Below, one piece after another: positions 1 through 9,778 of a stretch of DNA of 53,368 nt. The DNA is from a virus (Duplodnaviria > Caudoviricetes): IMG/VR virus record IMGVR_UViG_3300030388_000656, positions 1 to 53,368 of that record. The stretch is one strand, 5' to 3'. The translations under genes were made by a program, and so were the position numbers. Under the pieces are notes generated by a model. That model had not been told where the DNA came from and made no database searches. It was given only the letters and a program-made list of their open reading frames with translations. How positions within the stretch are numbered: the stretch's first letter is position 1; the number at the start of each line of letters is the position of its first letter.

Positions 1-744
1 AGAAACTCGGACAAGAACATGTTGCAATTAAATAGTAATGAGTTAGTTAGAGCTTTTACTATGTTCGGTAGTACATTGTTTTTACAAATGAATAAAGTAA
101 TGTCAAGTACTAACAACATAATGAAGTCTTTAAAAGAAGGAGACTCTACATCAAAAGCAGGTATTAAAAAGAAAGCTGCTGCTGTAAGGGCAAAAGATGT
201 GAGAGGTTTAGCTATAAATTTAGCTGTAGCAAACATCTTATTTGTTGCTGTATCAAACATGTTTAAGCTTGCTGGTGATGATGACGATGAAGAGGAAGTA
301 ATGTCAAAACTAAAAGATGCTGCAATGGGTTTAAACTTATTGTATCAGATTCCTTTAATAGGTGGTGCAGCTGAGCTTATGATTACTAAAGCCAGAGGAG
401 AAAGAGGTTTTGGAGATGATGTAATGAACCCTTATAAAAGTATATTTAGAAAAGTATCTAAGGGTATGTCACAAGAAAGCACTTTTAAAACAGTTCAACC
501 TATTTTTGAAATGATAATTGGAGCACAGATAGATCCAGCTGTTGGTTTGTTTAATTCATTTGGTGCAGATATCGGAGAAGGAGATGGTGTTGATCGTGCT
601 TCTGAGATGGAAAACTTATATAAGATGTTAGGTATTAGTCCTTCTTATCAGCCAGCTAATGATGGTGGTGATGGAGGATCAGATAAAAGAACTACCAGAA
701 GTAGTGCTAACTCAAGTGGTAACCAAAGACAGGTAAGGAAATGA
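1..744 (+). CDS. C-terminal part of a large protein (5' truncated), probably virion/ejection protein
   Basis: Frame is open from base 1 (aga aac tcg gac aag aac atg). Helical content with amphipathic segments, like the C-termini of large phage internal proteins. Function is inferred. Confidence 0.55.
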   Translation, partial: RNSDKNMLQLNSNELVRAFTMFGSTLFLQMNKVMSSTNNIMKSLKEGDSTSKAGIKKKAAAVRAKDVRGLAINLAVANILFVAVSNMFKLAGDDDDEEEVMSKLKDAAMGLNLLYQIPLIGGAAELMITKARGERGFGDDVMNPYKSIFRKVSKGMSQESTFKTVQPIFEMIIGAQIDPAVGLFNSFGADIGEGDGVDRASEMENLYKMLGISPSYQPANDGGDGGSDKRTTRSSANSSGNQRQVRK

Positions 745-974
745 TAGACTTCAATGAAGATGCTTGTATGCGAAACAGTTACAATCTCTTATTGGGGAAG
801 AAAACTTTGGATGATTTAATTGCAGACAAAGAATGTAATCTTACTCTTATGTTCAATCCTGAAAGGAAGTACGTTAAAATGCAAGACGATGTCTATGATA
901 TTTTAATTGAATACTTTATATCCACTGAAGAGTATGAAAAATGTGCAGAGCTAACGGAGGCTAAAAATTCTTAG
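741..974 (+). CDS. Hypothetical protein with C-terminal UVR (UvrB/UvrC)-like motif
   Basis: Ends in EEYEKCAEL; ATGA overlap with the upstream gene. Confidence 0.55.
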   Translation: MIDFNEDACMRNSYNLLLGKKTLDDLIADKECNLTLMFNPERKYVKMQDDVYDILIEYFISTEEYEKCAELTEAKNS

Positions 975-1281
975 AATAATTTTTACGTTCAGCTTCTAAT
1001 TTATAATATAAGAAAGCTGAGAATCCGTTTATGTGAGAGTCGGTTGGGAAAAAATACTTCCAACCTTTTGATTTACCCCTGGCTATATAATAACAAAATG
1101 CTACTCCAACTTTACCTGTAGTCTTTACAAAATTAATTACAGCTGTGTGATCTGATGTTGGTATAACCTCGTCTACCTTAAACGATTCGTTGTTTGTGTT
1201 TAAGTCTCTATCTGTTCGAGAAAATCTTTCTGCAATTACAAGTGAGAACTTTTCTAATTCTTTAGCTATCTGTCTGTTCAT
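961..1281 (-). CDS. Hypothetical protein
   Basis: 106 aa ORF, last gene of the tightly packed - strand arm. Confidence 0.7.
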   Translation of the reverse strand: MNRQIAKELEKFSLVIAERFSRTDRDLNTNNESFKVDEVIPTSDHTAVINFVKTTGKVGVAFCYYIARGKSKGWKYFFPTDSHINGFSAFLYYKLEAERKNYSKNF

Positions 1282-1738
1282 CGTGATCTGATAATTTTTG
1301 CTGAAGCTTTTGAATGGTAGTTTTTATTTCCAGAGTTTGTTTCACTACAGATTTAAGTAAAAGGATTGCATCCAATAACATTTTTTTAGTTTCAGCTTTC
1401 ATTCGTCTTTCGTAAGTTATTAATCTATGACAGTTAGCACATCTAACGTCACATTTTTCTACCTCTTTTTTTATAGAAGCTAAGCTATAAGCTCCCTTAA
1501 CCATATCCGATACACACTTGAACTTATCCCCTCTCACATGGTCACATTCTAATAAGACTATATTTTTTTCTCCACAATCAATACAAGGATTTTCCCTTTT
1601 GTGTTGTTTAATATACTCTCTATTCTTATCTCTTTGTGTTGTGTTTCTACTTTTGCTTCTGGCTTTTATCTTTTTCTTATTGGCCTCGTAGTGTTTTTTA
1701 GAGTTTAATGCCTGATCCTTTTTATCTTTGTAAGCCAT
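1262..1738 (-). CDS. HNH endonuclease
   Basis: CIDC...ECDHVRG...KCDVRCANCHR zinc/HNH pattern. Confidence 0.8.
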   Translation of the reverse strand: MAYKDKKDQALNSKKHYEANKKKIKARSKSRNTTQRDKNREYIKQHKRENPCIDCGEKNIVLLECDHVRGDKFKCVSDMVKGAYSLASIKKEVEKCDVRCANCHRLITYERRMKAETKKMLLDAILLLKSVVKQTLEIKTTIQKLQQKLSDHDEQTDS

Positions 1739-1744
1739 TCCATT

Positions 1745-1939
1745 CTACACTTCTTCAGACATAGATTGGATTAGATCAGCTAACTCTTTAATTAAATTCT
1801 TAGCTCTCGCTTTAGCTTCCTCATGTTCCCTGTCCATTAAGTCCTCATACAAGTCATTTCCGAAGTCATGTATTCTGTCACATATATAATTAATATGTGT
1901 TATTGCTTGACTGTCTTCTTTTGATATTCTTGTAGGCAT
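1745..1939 (-). CDS. Hypothetical protein
   Basis: 64 aa ORF in operon spacing. Confidence 0.65.
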   Translation of the reverse strand: MPTRISKEDSQAITHINYICDRIHDFGNDLYEDLMDREHEEAKARAKNLIKELADLIQSMSEEV

Positions 1940-1942
1940 TTA

Positions 1943-2173
1943 TTAATCCATGGCTTTCAATAAACATTCTCCGATGGATGGGTTCACATCTTTAATTGCT
2001 TTGTAAATTCGTTTTGAAATTTGTTTTGTTGTTGTTCGTTCTTTGGGGGATGACTCCGATCCTAAGTTTGTGTACATTTCACAATCTATTTGGAGTAATT
2101 TGTCGACTTTCTTCTTGGCTGACCAGGATGTAAATGATAAAATTTTATCTATGTCATTGGATTTATAATCCAT
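1943..2173 (-). CDS. Hypothetical protein
   Basis: 76 aa ORF in operon spacing. Confidence 0.65.
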   Translation of the reverse strand: MDYKSNDIDKILSFTSWSAKKKVDKLLQIDCEMYTNLGSESSPKERTTTKQISKRIYKAIKDVNPSIGECLLKAMD

Positions 2174-2690
2174 TTATAAGAGAGTTTATTCTTTGTTCGA
2201 CTTTTTGTAATTTGTGTTCTGGAAGTCTACGATCAATTAGCTCTATAATGGAATTGTATCGTTTCCATTTATCCTTGTGAGTTTTTTGTAAATCAGTTAA
2301 CTGTTCTTGAACATTTATTACAGACAAATTTAACATTTTATTTTGATTACGCAAATCTTGAAGCTCTTTTTTTAGCTCGCCTTCCGACATTGGGAAAGGC
2401 TCAAAACTTTCGTCAGTCCATATGGCCAGGATCTCCTGGTAACTTTTATTCATATCCCTATCTGACTTTATCATCCAGGGGAATTCTTTTATTGCATGCA
2501 ACACAGTTGCGTGATTCTTTTGAAAGGCATTACCAATAGAGGTATAAGACATGTGACATTGTTGTCTTAGAATCATATAACATATAGCTCTTCCTTTTAC
2601 CAGCCGATCTGTTTTAATTCTACTTGTTATGTCTGTATTGAGATATACATTAATAATCTCAATTAGTGTTTGGATTTTAGTTTCCTTCAT
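2163..2690 (-). CDS. DnaA C-terminal (domain IV)-like HTH protein with coiled-coil tail
   Basis: GRAICYMILR...SYTSIGNAFQKNHATVLHAIK matches the DnaA domain IV pattern (R..A.YL...S...IG..F..DH.TV.HA). Confidence 0.75.
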   Translation of the reverse strand: MKETKIQTLIEIINVYLNTDITSRIKTDRLVKGRAICYMILRQQCHMSYTSIGNAFQKNHATVLHAIKEFPWMIKSDRDMNKSYQEILAIWTDESFEPFPMSEGELKKELQDLRNQNKMLNLSVINVQEQLTDLQKTHKDKWKRYNSIIELIDRRLPEHKLQKVEQRINSLINGL

Positions 2691-3009
2691 TTAATTTAAT
2701 TTTACAATTTAAGTTCATTAGGTCAAGGTATTCATTCATTGATATAAGTTGCAAGTCTGAGAGCACAATAAATTCTGATTCATCTCTAATCATTTCTAAA
2801 GCAAACGTAATTGGTTCATTGTCATCATCCATGACTATTCCTCCCAACACTGTAGAAATTAATACACTCTCTTTTACATCAGGGAAATTTTGCTCTATAA
2901 ATTTTGCAATTTTAATTCCTGTTCTTATGTCCATACCTGAGATCGTTTCGATAAACTCCTCAGCTACATCATAATCAGCCTCCCTTATATACTTCTGTTC
3001 TGCACCCAT
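2677..3009 (-). CDS. Hypothetical acidic protein
   Basis: 110 aa ORF overlapping its neighbours. Confidence 0.6.
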   Translation of the reverse strand: MGAEQKYIREADYDVAEEFIETISGMDIRTGIKIAKFIEQNFPDVKESVLISTVLGGIVMDDDNEPITFALEMIRDESEFIVLSDLQLISMNEYLDLMNLNCKIKLNEGN

Positions 3010-3223
3010 GTTTTTCTAATTCTTTTAATCTATACTCTTGTAGTTTTGATAGTTTACCAGTTGGTCTTTTCACTTCCGAGAAAAGGACATCGCATCCTGG
3101 TGGTATTGCAATCAAGTCAGGGATACCATTCTTATTAGTCTTAATAAGCTTAAGAACGTAGTACCCTTCTGACTCCAATTGCTTTATTCTTTTACTTTGT
3201 ATTTGTTGTTCTGTCATTTCCAT
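2975..3223 (-). CDS. VRR-NUC domain nuclease (putative Holliday junction resolvase)
   Basis: EQQIQ...GIPDL...FSEVK...GKLSKLQ, the VRR-NUC PD-(D/E)XK signature. Confidence 0.85.
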   Translation of the reverse strand: MEMTEQQIQSKRIKQLESEGYYVLKLIKTNKNGIPDLIAIPPGCDVLFSEVKRPTGKLSKLQEYRLKELEKHGCRTEVYKGG

Positions 3224-3398
3224 TATTTCTATAGTCCTCTAAAAAACCTAATAAAACTATTATGTTCATAGATAGAGACGATACAACTTCTACTACATCG
3301 TGAAAGTCATGAATAGATAAGTGTATGTGGCCCACTACCCAAAAAGGAATAGCTAAGTTTTGGCTGATCCATACTACTAAAAACCTAATGAACCCCAT
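3192..3398 (-). CDS. Small membrane protein
   Basis: Two hydrophobic segments. Confidence 0.55.
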   Translation of the reverse strand: MGFIRFLVVWISQNLAIPFWVVGHIHLSIHDFHDVVEVVSSLSMNIIVLLGFLEDYRNNGNDRTTNTK

Positions 3399-3407
3399 AA
3401 TACAAAT

Positions 3408-4631
3408 TTACAAAGATCTTTTAAAATGACTTAAGGTAAAATCTTTCTTCTTAATTACTGCCTTATAAATATCCTTTTCAATTCCTCCTTTACTGAAGAT
3501 CCAATACACATCAGATTCTAATCTTTCTTTGGTTGTCATCCTATCTCTTGACTGCCAGTAACTTGTAGCACTGAAGTCTATATTGTAGTACACCAGGGCA
3601 TCAGCATTTCTTAAACTTATTCCTTCACGACCTGAAACAATCTGTAATGCTATGGTTTTATTTGTGCTGTCAAAAGTAGGAAGGTCTACACATAATTCAC
3701 TTCCGTAAATTTCTTTCAAAGCACTTAGCTCCTGTTTAAATTTATAAAATATTCCAATCTTTTTTCCCTTAAATCTTTCTTTTATATATTCTGCCTTGCT
3801 ATAATCTAACACCATAGAGTTACCACTTTCAAACTTTATAGTTCCACTACACATCTGATGTACTTTAGTCATAAGTTTAACAGCTGTATCTGCGAGGATA
3901 ACTTCGTTCTGGCCCTCTACTACTAAATCTTTTTTTAGCTTGCTTATAAGGGCTAAGGTTTCTTCTTTTAGTTCTACCTCTAAAACATGTTCTGTTGTTT
4001 CTACAACAAACCCTGCCTGCTTTTGACTAAAGTTAATTGTGTAAGGTCGTAATTTTTCTATAATAGTTTTAGTTCCCTTTGAGTAATCGTTGATGTACAT
4101 GCCTCCTATCTTTTTCTTTACGATTGTAACATACTCCTTAGCAAACTGATAAAAGTTTTTGTACATAGAAAAAGGATTGCCTGGTATAAAATATACTTGA
4201 TGATACATCTGTGAGTATGACTCAGGAGTTGGTGTACCACTTAATAATATTACATAAGGCAAGGATCTTGCGATGATGTTGTTTACTTTTTTAGTTCTTC
4301 CACTTGGTTTAGGAAATGCTCCCATGCCATGAGCTTCATCACATATAACTACATCCCATCCTGTTTGCTTTACCTTGTGTAGAGACTCATAGTTTATAAC
4401 CTCTAACTCAAACTCAGGTAGAAGTAATTCAAAATCGTTTACAATACTGGAGATCGCTTTCTTCTTTGTAATAAACAAAACTTTTTTAGCTCCAATCATA
4501 TCACAAATCCCTAAGCTGGTTAAAGTTTTGCCTGTTCTAACTTCCATAGCTAAATACAGAAACTTAAACTTTTTTATTACTCCTACTCCTTGTGATATGA
4601 TTTCTTTCTGGTATTCTCTGAACTCAATCAT
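3408..4631 (-). CDS. SNF2-like superfamily 2 helicase
   Basis: Q motif REYQ, Walker A variant EVRTGKT, DEAH, SGTP, GISL, QSRDR. Start moved to ATG 4631 (MIEFREYQ), which forms an ATGA overlap with the primase stop. Confidence 0.85.
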   Translation of the reverse strand: MIEFREYQKEIISQGVGVIKKFKFLYLAMEVRTGKTLTSLGICDMIGAKKVLFITKKKAISSIVNDFELLLPEFELEVINYESLHKVKQTGWDVVICDEAHGMGAFPKPSGRTKKVNNIIARSLPYVILLSGTPTPESYSQMYHQVYFIPGNPFSMYKNFYQFAKEYVTIVKKKIGGMYINDYSKGTKTIIEKLRPYTINFSQKQAGFVVETTEHVLEVELKEETLALISKLKKDLVVEGQNEVILADTAVKLMTKVHQMCSGTIKFESGNSMVLDYSKAEYIKERFKGKKIGIFYKFKQELSALKEIYGSELCVDLPTFDSTNKTIALQIVSGREGISLRNADALVYYNIDFSATSYWQSRDRMTTKERLESDVYWIFSKGGIEKDIYKAVIKKKDFTLSHFKRSL

Positions 4632-7039
4632 ATACCTAACGATTCCTGTTTGATATAGTGAGACTTTCGTACAAACTCTATCCATCTTCCTATACCATCT
4701 CTACCTTCTAATGCTTTACACTCATGTTTAAATTCTGCATAAGACATTAGCCATTTACCAAATTCATTTCTGTTTACTGAGTCTCTACTCTTTGGAGCAT
4801 AGTCTGGGTATTCATCAACAAAGTCTAAGAATAAATCATTCTTATATATTCTATGGTCAGTTACAAGCTTTGGATGTGGTTTGCCATCTATAACTCCACA
4901 CCATTCTATAAATGAATAAGAAGTATTCGCTGCGAAGGTTCGAGTCTTTTGATTTATAAAATCACTTTTCAGTAGCCCTTTGTCTAAATATAATTGGAGG
5001 TTTGTAATCATGTAGTTATCAAACTGACACCAGTCATTGTCATCCCACTCTCCAAACATTAGTTTACCAAACTCTACCAGTGGTGTAAACTCTTTGGTAT
5101 AGAATTGATTTAATTCTAACTCCCATTTTCTTCGAGCAAATGAATTTCCTTTTCCTTTTATTGCATAGTTTGTAGTGATGGCAACCTTTGGAGATTTACT
5201 AAATGGAATCTTAATCGCATCCTTGTTTTTCTTCTCTAAGGTTAAACCTTCAGTGACAACACTAAAAAGTCTTTCAAAATTAAAGTTCTTTTTTACATCA
5301 TCAAAACAAAGTATCTGAGTATCTGCTGATACTAATTGATAAGCAAATGATTTCTCAAAGTTAAAAGACTTACCATCTATAACTACCATCTTCTTCATGT
5401 GAGAGATAGCAGTCATGTATAGTCCTTTACCTGTTCCACCTTCTGGATTGTCTGATATTATTTCATCATTCAATATTGTAGCTGGGCAATAAGATAAATT
5501 TTTCCAGCCATGCAATAGAAATCCTATAGTAGATTCCATTGACTTAGTTCTGTGAGGATCGCTACCAGCAATATTATTTACAAATGTTTTAAAGTCACAG
5601 CTTGTGATGTCGCAAAGGTCAAACACTCTATTTATAACATGGTCTTTCCAGACGTATCCACCTAAGTCTAAATAATCTATTGGAGTTACTGCATCCTTAG
5701 TAATTTTTACTGCACAATTTGTGTAATATAAGTAAGCAGTATCTTTTGTGTCAGCAATAAAGTAAACACTGATAGAAGATAGTAGAGTTAAGAACTCTTC
5801 TCTAAAATATCTTGTACACTCTGCAAAGTAATTATATATACTGGTGTCATCTACTTCCAATAAGTATTCTAAAACGAAATCTTTAATCTCTTTCTCGTTT
5901 GCGTGTTCAATTAAGTTGTTGGTTACTTTAACGAATACATAACTTTTACTTCCTTCAGGGCTGAACTTGTAGAATCCATTATCTTCTAAGAAGTTTTTGA
6001 AAGACATGTGTATTATTTTAACCACACCCTTTTCACTTTTGTTCCAGAATTTCTGTTCATCTAATTCTTCCTCAAATCTCCTTAGGACATTATCAATTAC
6101 TACATCATCTATAGAGGTCTCATCTTCCAGTGTGTTTTTGATTTCACTATTAGACAATCCCCTTCTCATCTTTGCTTTTACTGAGTTAACTCTTTCTTCA
6201 TCTTCGTAATACTTAGTTCCAAAGTTTTGTTTCTGGGCATAAGCAGACTTGATTGTTCTTTTTAGTTCTCCAGAAGTAAAGTCTTTTGATGTGAAAGGAC
6301 TCATTACATATTCAGCTAAAGTTTGAGTAACTCCAAAGTCATTAAACGCTGAAGCTAATATGTATATATTATTATTTCTTTCTCCATCTTTGAATCCGTA
6401 CTTTCTTTCCCACCACTTCATTAAGATTTCTACAATCTTATTCTCATCAGTGATAGGAATAGTCTGTACATCTTTATGTTTTATTACTTCTTGGTATTGT
6501 TGTTCTGTTATTTGATTGAATACACTTGACTGCTCATTAATAAAAATTAATGGATCATATGATTCATAACAAACTCTCGATACATTTCTACATGCCTTAT
6601 CAAAGTATTCGCTGTCGTAATGTACCTGTAGTGAATTAAAGAATTTTATATGTGTTTCATCTTCAGCTGGTATCTTAACCAATACTTTCAATCCCAATCC
6701 ACTGGGAGATATGAATACTGAATATGTGTATCTGTCTTTAGTTAGTCTTTCTTTTTCCTCTAACATTTGTTTTTCTGAAGGAAAATTGTCGAAGTCTAAA
6801 CATATCAACCCACTATGTAAAGTGATTGAAGAGTCATTTCTTTTAGTAAATTTACCACTAAAACAAATTGCTGGTAGTGATTGCTTTAATTGATTTCTTA
6901 TTTCTTTATCTGATTCTGATCGTATTGATCTTACTATGTCTTGTGATGCTCCCTGTTTTATTCTTTCTATTATTATACTTACATCTCTATAAAAAGGTTG
7001 AGCAGTATCTTTGATGTCCTTAAATATTGTTATTTCCAT
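4628..7039 (-). CDS. Primase-helicase (BT4734/VirE-N-like N-terminus, PriCT-like linker, C-terminal NTPase)
   Basis: KQSLPAICFSG...HSGLICLDFD...FISPSGLGLK...DKACRNVSRVCY (VirE-N/BT4734-like); GERNN (PriCT-like); Walker A GGTGKG and Walker B LCFDD. Confidence 0.85.
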   Translation of the reverse strand: MEITIFKDIKDTAQPFYRDVSIIIERIKQGASQDIVRSIRSESDKEIRNQLKQSLPAICFSGKFTKRNDSSITLHSGLICLDFDNFPSEKQMLEEKERLTKDRYTYSVFISPSGLGLKVLVKIPAEDETHIKFFNSLQVHYDSEYFDKACRNVSRVCYESYDPLIFINEQSSVFNQITEQQYQEVIKHKDVQTIPITDENKIVEILMKWWERKYGFKDGERNNNIYILASAFNDFGVTQTLAEYVMSPFTSKDFTSGELKRTIKSAYAQKQNFGTKYYEDEERVNSVKAKMRRGLSNSEIKNTLEDETSIDDVVIDNVLRRFEEELDEQKFWNKSEKGVVKIIHMSFKNFLEDNGFYKFSPEGSKSYVFVKVTNNLIEHANEKEIKDFVLEYLLEVDDTSIYNYFAECTRYFREEFLTLLSSISVYFIADTKDTAYLYYTNCAVKITKDAVTPIDYLDLGGYVWKDHVINRVFDLCDITSCDFKTFVNNIAGSDPHRTKSMESTIGFLLHGWKNLSYCPATILNDEIISDNPEGGTGKGLYMTAISHMKKMVVIDGKSFNFEKSFAYQLVSADTQILCFDDVKKNFNFERLFSVVTEGLTLEKKNKDAIKIPFSKSPKVAITTNYAIKGKGNSFARRKWELELNQFYTKEFTPLVEFGKLMFGEWDDNDWCQFDNYMITNLQLYLDKGLLKSDFINQKTRTFAANTSYSFIEWCGVIDGKPHPKLVTDHRIYKNDLFLDFVDEYPDYAPKSRDSVNRNEFGKWLMSYAEFKHECKALEGRDGIGRWIEFVRKSHYIKQESLGI

Positions 7040-7090
7040 TTTGGTATGTTGATTGAATTTGATTGTTTACTTGATTAACTACTTCTTTTT

Positions 7091-7194
7091 ATGTTAGAAT
7101 GTTGAATAAAATTAAAAAATAGAAAAGAGTATAAAGATATATATATAGTATACTACTAACCTACTAAAATGTAAAAACTTTAACACTTCGACAT
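7091..7194. promoter_or_regulatory. Origin-like element copy A (15 bp inverted arms around an AT-rich core)
   Basis: Arms atgttagaatgttga (7091-7105) and ttaacacttcgacat (7180-7194), 74 bp spacer containing atatatatatagt. Same geometry as 14967-15070. Lies directly upstream of the primase gene. Confidence 0.55.
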
Positions 7195-7229
7195 AAAAAA
7201 AAGAAAAAGAAAGGGGGAATTACCCCCCT
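7195..7229 (-). terminator. Intrinsic terminator after the SSB-like gene
   Basis: - strand agggggg-taatt-cccccttt hairpin followed by a long T tract. Confidence 0.75.
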
Positions 7230-7250
7230 AACTTATTCAGTTTGGTCTAA

Positions 7251-7511
7251 CTAAAATGGTAAATCCTCATTAGGCTGAGGAGCTTCTTCCTTTTTAGCTT
7301 CAGGTTTAAAGGTGTCAATAGCAACATAATGTGTTTTACCATATTCATCTGCCCCACCTTTCTTAGAAGATACATTAAGTTTAATGTACTTCTTTCCGTT
7401 GTACTCGAACATGTGTTCTTGAGGTAAGTCTGTTAGACATACACTGCAAGAGATCATGTTACCATCGAACTTGGAAACTCCGTTTCCAACATAGATTTTT
7501 TCTTCTGCCAT
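7251..7511 (-). CDS. Putative single-stranded DNA-binding protein
   Basis: Small beta-rich protein with acidic C-terminal tail NEDLPF; adjacent to the SSAP and exonuclease genes. Confidence 0.6.
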   Translation of the reverse strand: MAEEKIYVGNGVSKFDGNMISCSVCLTDLPQEHMFEYNGKKYIKLNVSSKKGGADEYGKTHYVAIDTFKPEAKKEEAPQPNEDLPF

Positions 7512-7513
7512 AA

Positions 7514-7711
7514 TTAAATTGTTTTGTAGATTAATTTTTCCAACTGATTCATTGTAGCTTCCATGAGATTGTCTCTTTCAGCCTGAGTGTTGAGGTCGGT
7601 TGGAATTTGCAACCACACCACTCGTTTGTTTTTATTAAAGGGTTTCTTTAATAATATAGTTTTGAATATCTTCTTCAGCATCTTCTTTATAAAATTTATT
7701 AAACACTTCAA
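7514..7711 (-). CDS. Hypothetical protein (start uncertain)
   Basis: Fills the gap between the exonuclease and SSB-like genes. Confidence 0.5.
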   Translation of the reverse strand: MKCLINFIKKMLKKIFKTILLKKPFNKNKRVVWLQIPTDLNTQAERDNLMEATMNQLEKLIYKTI

Positions 7712-8405
7712 TTGCTTTCTCTACTTTTTCTTTTCCGTATTGCAGGAATGTTTCTGATGGATAGTATATACCTAACTCCAGAGTTGTTTTGTCAACTACA
7801 TAAAACACCATAGGCTTATTAAAAAACTGCTGGTATAAATATGCTTGGCTGTCGTAATTATATTTCCTTGCACTATACTTAAAGTCTTTTATGTTTCCAG
7901 TAGTTTTTAGATCAATGAGAAAGTCTTTACCAACTATGTCGGCTTTTCCTTTCCACATCATTCCAGCAACCTCCTGAAGAGCTGGTACTTCAAATTGATT
8001 ATCTTCAGAATAGATAGCATCATAGAACTCTAAATTATTGTTCATTGAAGCTATAGCTTTATCTGTTTCCTCTTTTTCTTTAGTAAGCATCATTAACTCT
8101 CTACCATGCTCCTGAATCTCTTCTTTATATTTCTTAGTATTCCTGCTGGATGCATCGATACTTATAAATTCATCATTGTCTATTTTTAAGGGTTCTAATA
8201 TAGCTGTGTGAAAATACCTGCCTATAAGCATAGGCTTTGTTATCTCTTTAGGTTTTCTAAAGCTTTTAGGATCATTAAGTAAAGTAATGATGTCAGAGTT
8301 AGATAAGAACTGCTGACCAAACTTACCATAGTATTGGTCATCATCTTTTAGTTTCTCTTTAATTTCAGAAACTAATTTTTCGTTATAGTTGGGAGGCACT
8401 TTCAT
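7635..8405 (-). CDS. PD-(D/E)XK exonuclease (RecE/ExoVIII C-terminal, DUF3799-like)
   Basis: LSNSDI, GRYFHTAILEP, KGKADI...IDLKTT, YDSQAYLY motifs. Confidence 0.85.
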   Translation of the reverse strand: MKVPPNYNEKLVSEIKEKLKDDDQYYGKFGQQFLSNSDIITLLNDPKSFRKPKEITKPMLIGRYFHTAILEPLKIDNDEFISIDASSRNTKKYKEEIQEHGRELMMLTKEKEETDKAIASMNNNLEFYDAIYSEDNQFEVPALQEVAGMMWKGKADIVGKDFLIDLKTTGNIKDFKYSARKYNYDSQAYLYQQFFNKPMVFYVVDKTTLELGIYYPSETFLQYGKEKVEKAIEVFNKFYKEDAEEDIQNYIIKETL

Positions 8406-9022
8406 TACTTAATAGATTTAGAAAGCTCCTTCTTAACTACAGCTTTAATGTTATACTTAACCTCTAAGTTTTTGATAATCTTAGGCAATCCTAACTCTTT
8501 GTTCTTAGCAATATAGCTCAAAACTTTTACCCAGTTAGTATCTCCAATATTTAACTCAACATGTGTTGATGTTTTAGGTACTGGTGACTTACTTACTGGC
8601 TGAGGTGTTGGTTGCTTAATCGTTTGCATCGTGTCCTCTCCAATCCATAAACTTAATCCTAATCCATGCATTGCAATTGCTTTAGCAGTAGATCTCTGGA
8701 TTGTTGTATTTACATCCATTGAAGTTACCTTCTCAATAGGTATAGAATTGTTTCTATAGTCCATTACTGGTAGGTAATCAATATGCTCCATGTCATCAAT
8801 AGTAATACCTACTTTACAATATGCAGTTTTACCATCAGTAAAAAAGTTTAGTCCAGTATGCTCTGATTCATATACAACTCTTTGTGCAGATGGATGTGCA
8901 GTTTTAATTAAGCTCCATGCTGAAGCCCATGACAGGTAACTGAATTTACCTTTCTTTTCGATTTTATCCTTTACAGATATGGAAGCAAGTTCCTTAAAAT
9001 AATTTTTCTTCTCTGTTGCCAT
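8405..9022 (-). CDS. Sak3/DUF1071-like single-strand annealing protein
   Basis: IEKKGKFSYLSWASAW, YLPVMDYRN, QRSTAKAIAMHGLGLSLW motifs. Confidence 0.85.
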   Translation of the reverse strand: MATEKKNYFKELASISVKDKIEKKGKFSYLSWASAWSLIKTAHPSAQRVVYESEHTGLNFFTDGKTAYCKVGITIDDMEHIDYLPVMDYRNNSIPIEKVTSMDVNTTIQRSTAKAIAMHGLGLSLWIGEDTMQTIKQPTPQPVSKSPVPKTSTHVELNIGDTNWVKVLSYIAKNKELGLPKIIKNLEVKYNIKAVVKKELSKSIK

Positions 9023-9425
9023 AATTGATTTGATTTAATTTATTTAATTTTAGTTGTTTATTTGCATATTTTTTAAGCAAAATCTCTCTGCTTGTCTTGA
9101 GTCTTTGTATGTGCTTATCGTTCTTTCTGGTATTGACTTCACTTCTGATTTTGTTCTCAATCAAATCCAGCTTTCTTTTATAGTTGTGCATCGATAATCT
9201 GATTCCTCCTTCTTTCCAGCCGAAGTCATAAAAGAATTTGTATTCCTCTTCATTGCATTCCTGAAAGTAATCTCCACTCCTGCCACAATTTAATATCTCA
9301 GTTTTTGAGCCAAACTTCTGGAGCTTTACTCCATTGTTTATAACACCAACACCATTAGGCATATTAACTTTCATAGCTACTATGTCATTAAGTGACTGAT
9401 CATATATGTCTTCTAAATTATACAT
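8994..9425 (-). CDS. Hypothetical protein
   Basis: Start moved to ATG 9425 (MYNLEDIY) to avoid a long overlap with 9418-9711. Confidence 0.6.
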   Translation of the reverse strand: MYNLEDIYDQSLNDIVAMKVNMPNGVGVINNGVKLQKFGSKTEILNCGRSGDYFQECNEEEYKFFYDFGWKEGGIRLSMHNYKRKLDLIENKIRSEVNTRKNDKHIQRLKTSREILLKKYANKQLKLNKLNQINYGNREEKLF

Positions 9426-9711
9426 TCTGAAGTTTGTTAACCACCTCCTGAAAGTCTTGGTCAGATTCAATAAGTTCTTTTGCTTTTTTATATCCATGGA
9501 TGATTGTAGAATGAGTTGTTGTATGCCCATGCTCCTCCAAGAATCTTTGTATGTATGATATTCTGATTGGTCTTTCCATACATAAGTAGTATAGCATCTG
9601 TCTTGCATCTACAATATCCCTACGTTTAGTTTTAGTAAACATCTGGTCTAATGATAGATGAAATTGGTCTGCTATTGCTGATGCATATGCATCAAAAATG
9701 TCTTTTTTCAT
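9418..9711 (-). CDS. DnaA C-terminal (domain IV)-like HTH protein
   Basis: TKRRDIVDARQMLYYLC...HSTIIHG. Confidence 0.75.
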   Translation of the reverse strand: MKKDIFDAYASAIADQFHLSLDQMFTKTKRRDIVDARQMLYYLCMERPIRISYIQRFLEEHGHTTTHSTIIHGYKKAKELIESDQDFQEVVNKLQNV

Positions 9712-9740
9712 TTGGTTGATTTGATTTAATTTGTAGATGG

Positions 9741-9772
9741 CTAAAGTAATTCTTTTTCAATTAATACGCAAA
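9741..9772 (-). promoter_or_regulatory. Bacteroidota-type promoter for the replication operon
   Basis: - strand TTTG-N20-TACTTTAG, one mismatch to the TAnnTTTG -7 box. Confidence 0.6.
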
Positions 9773-9778
9773 TTATGT

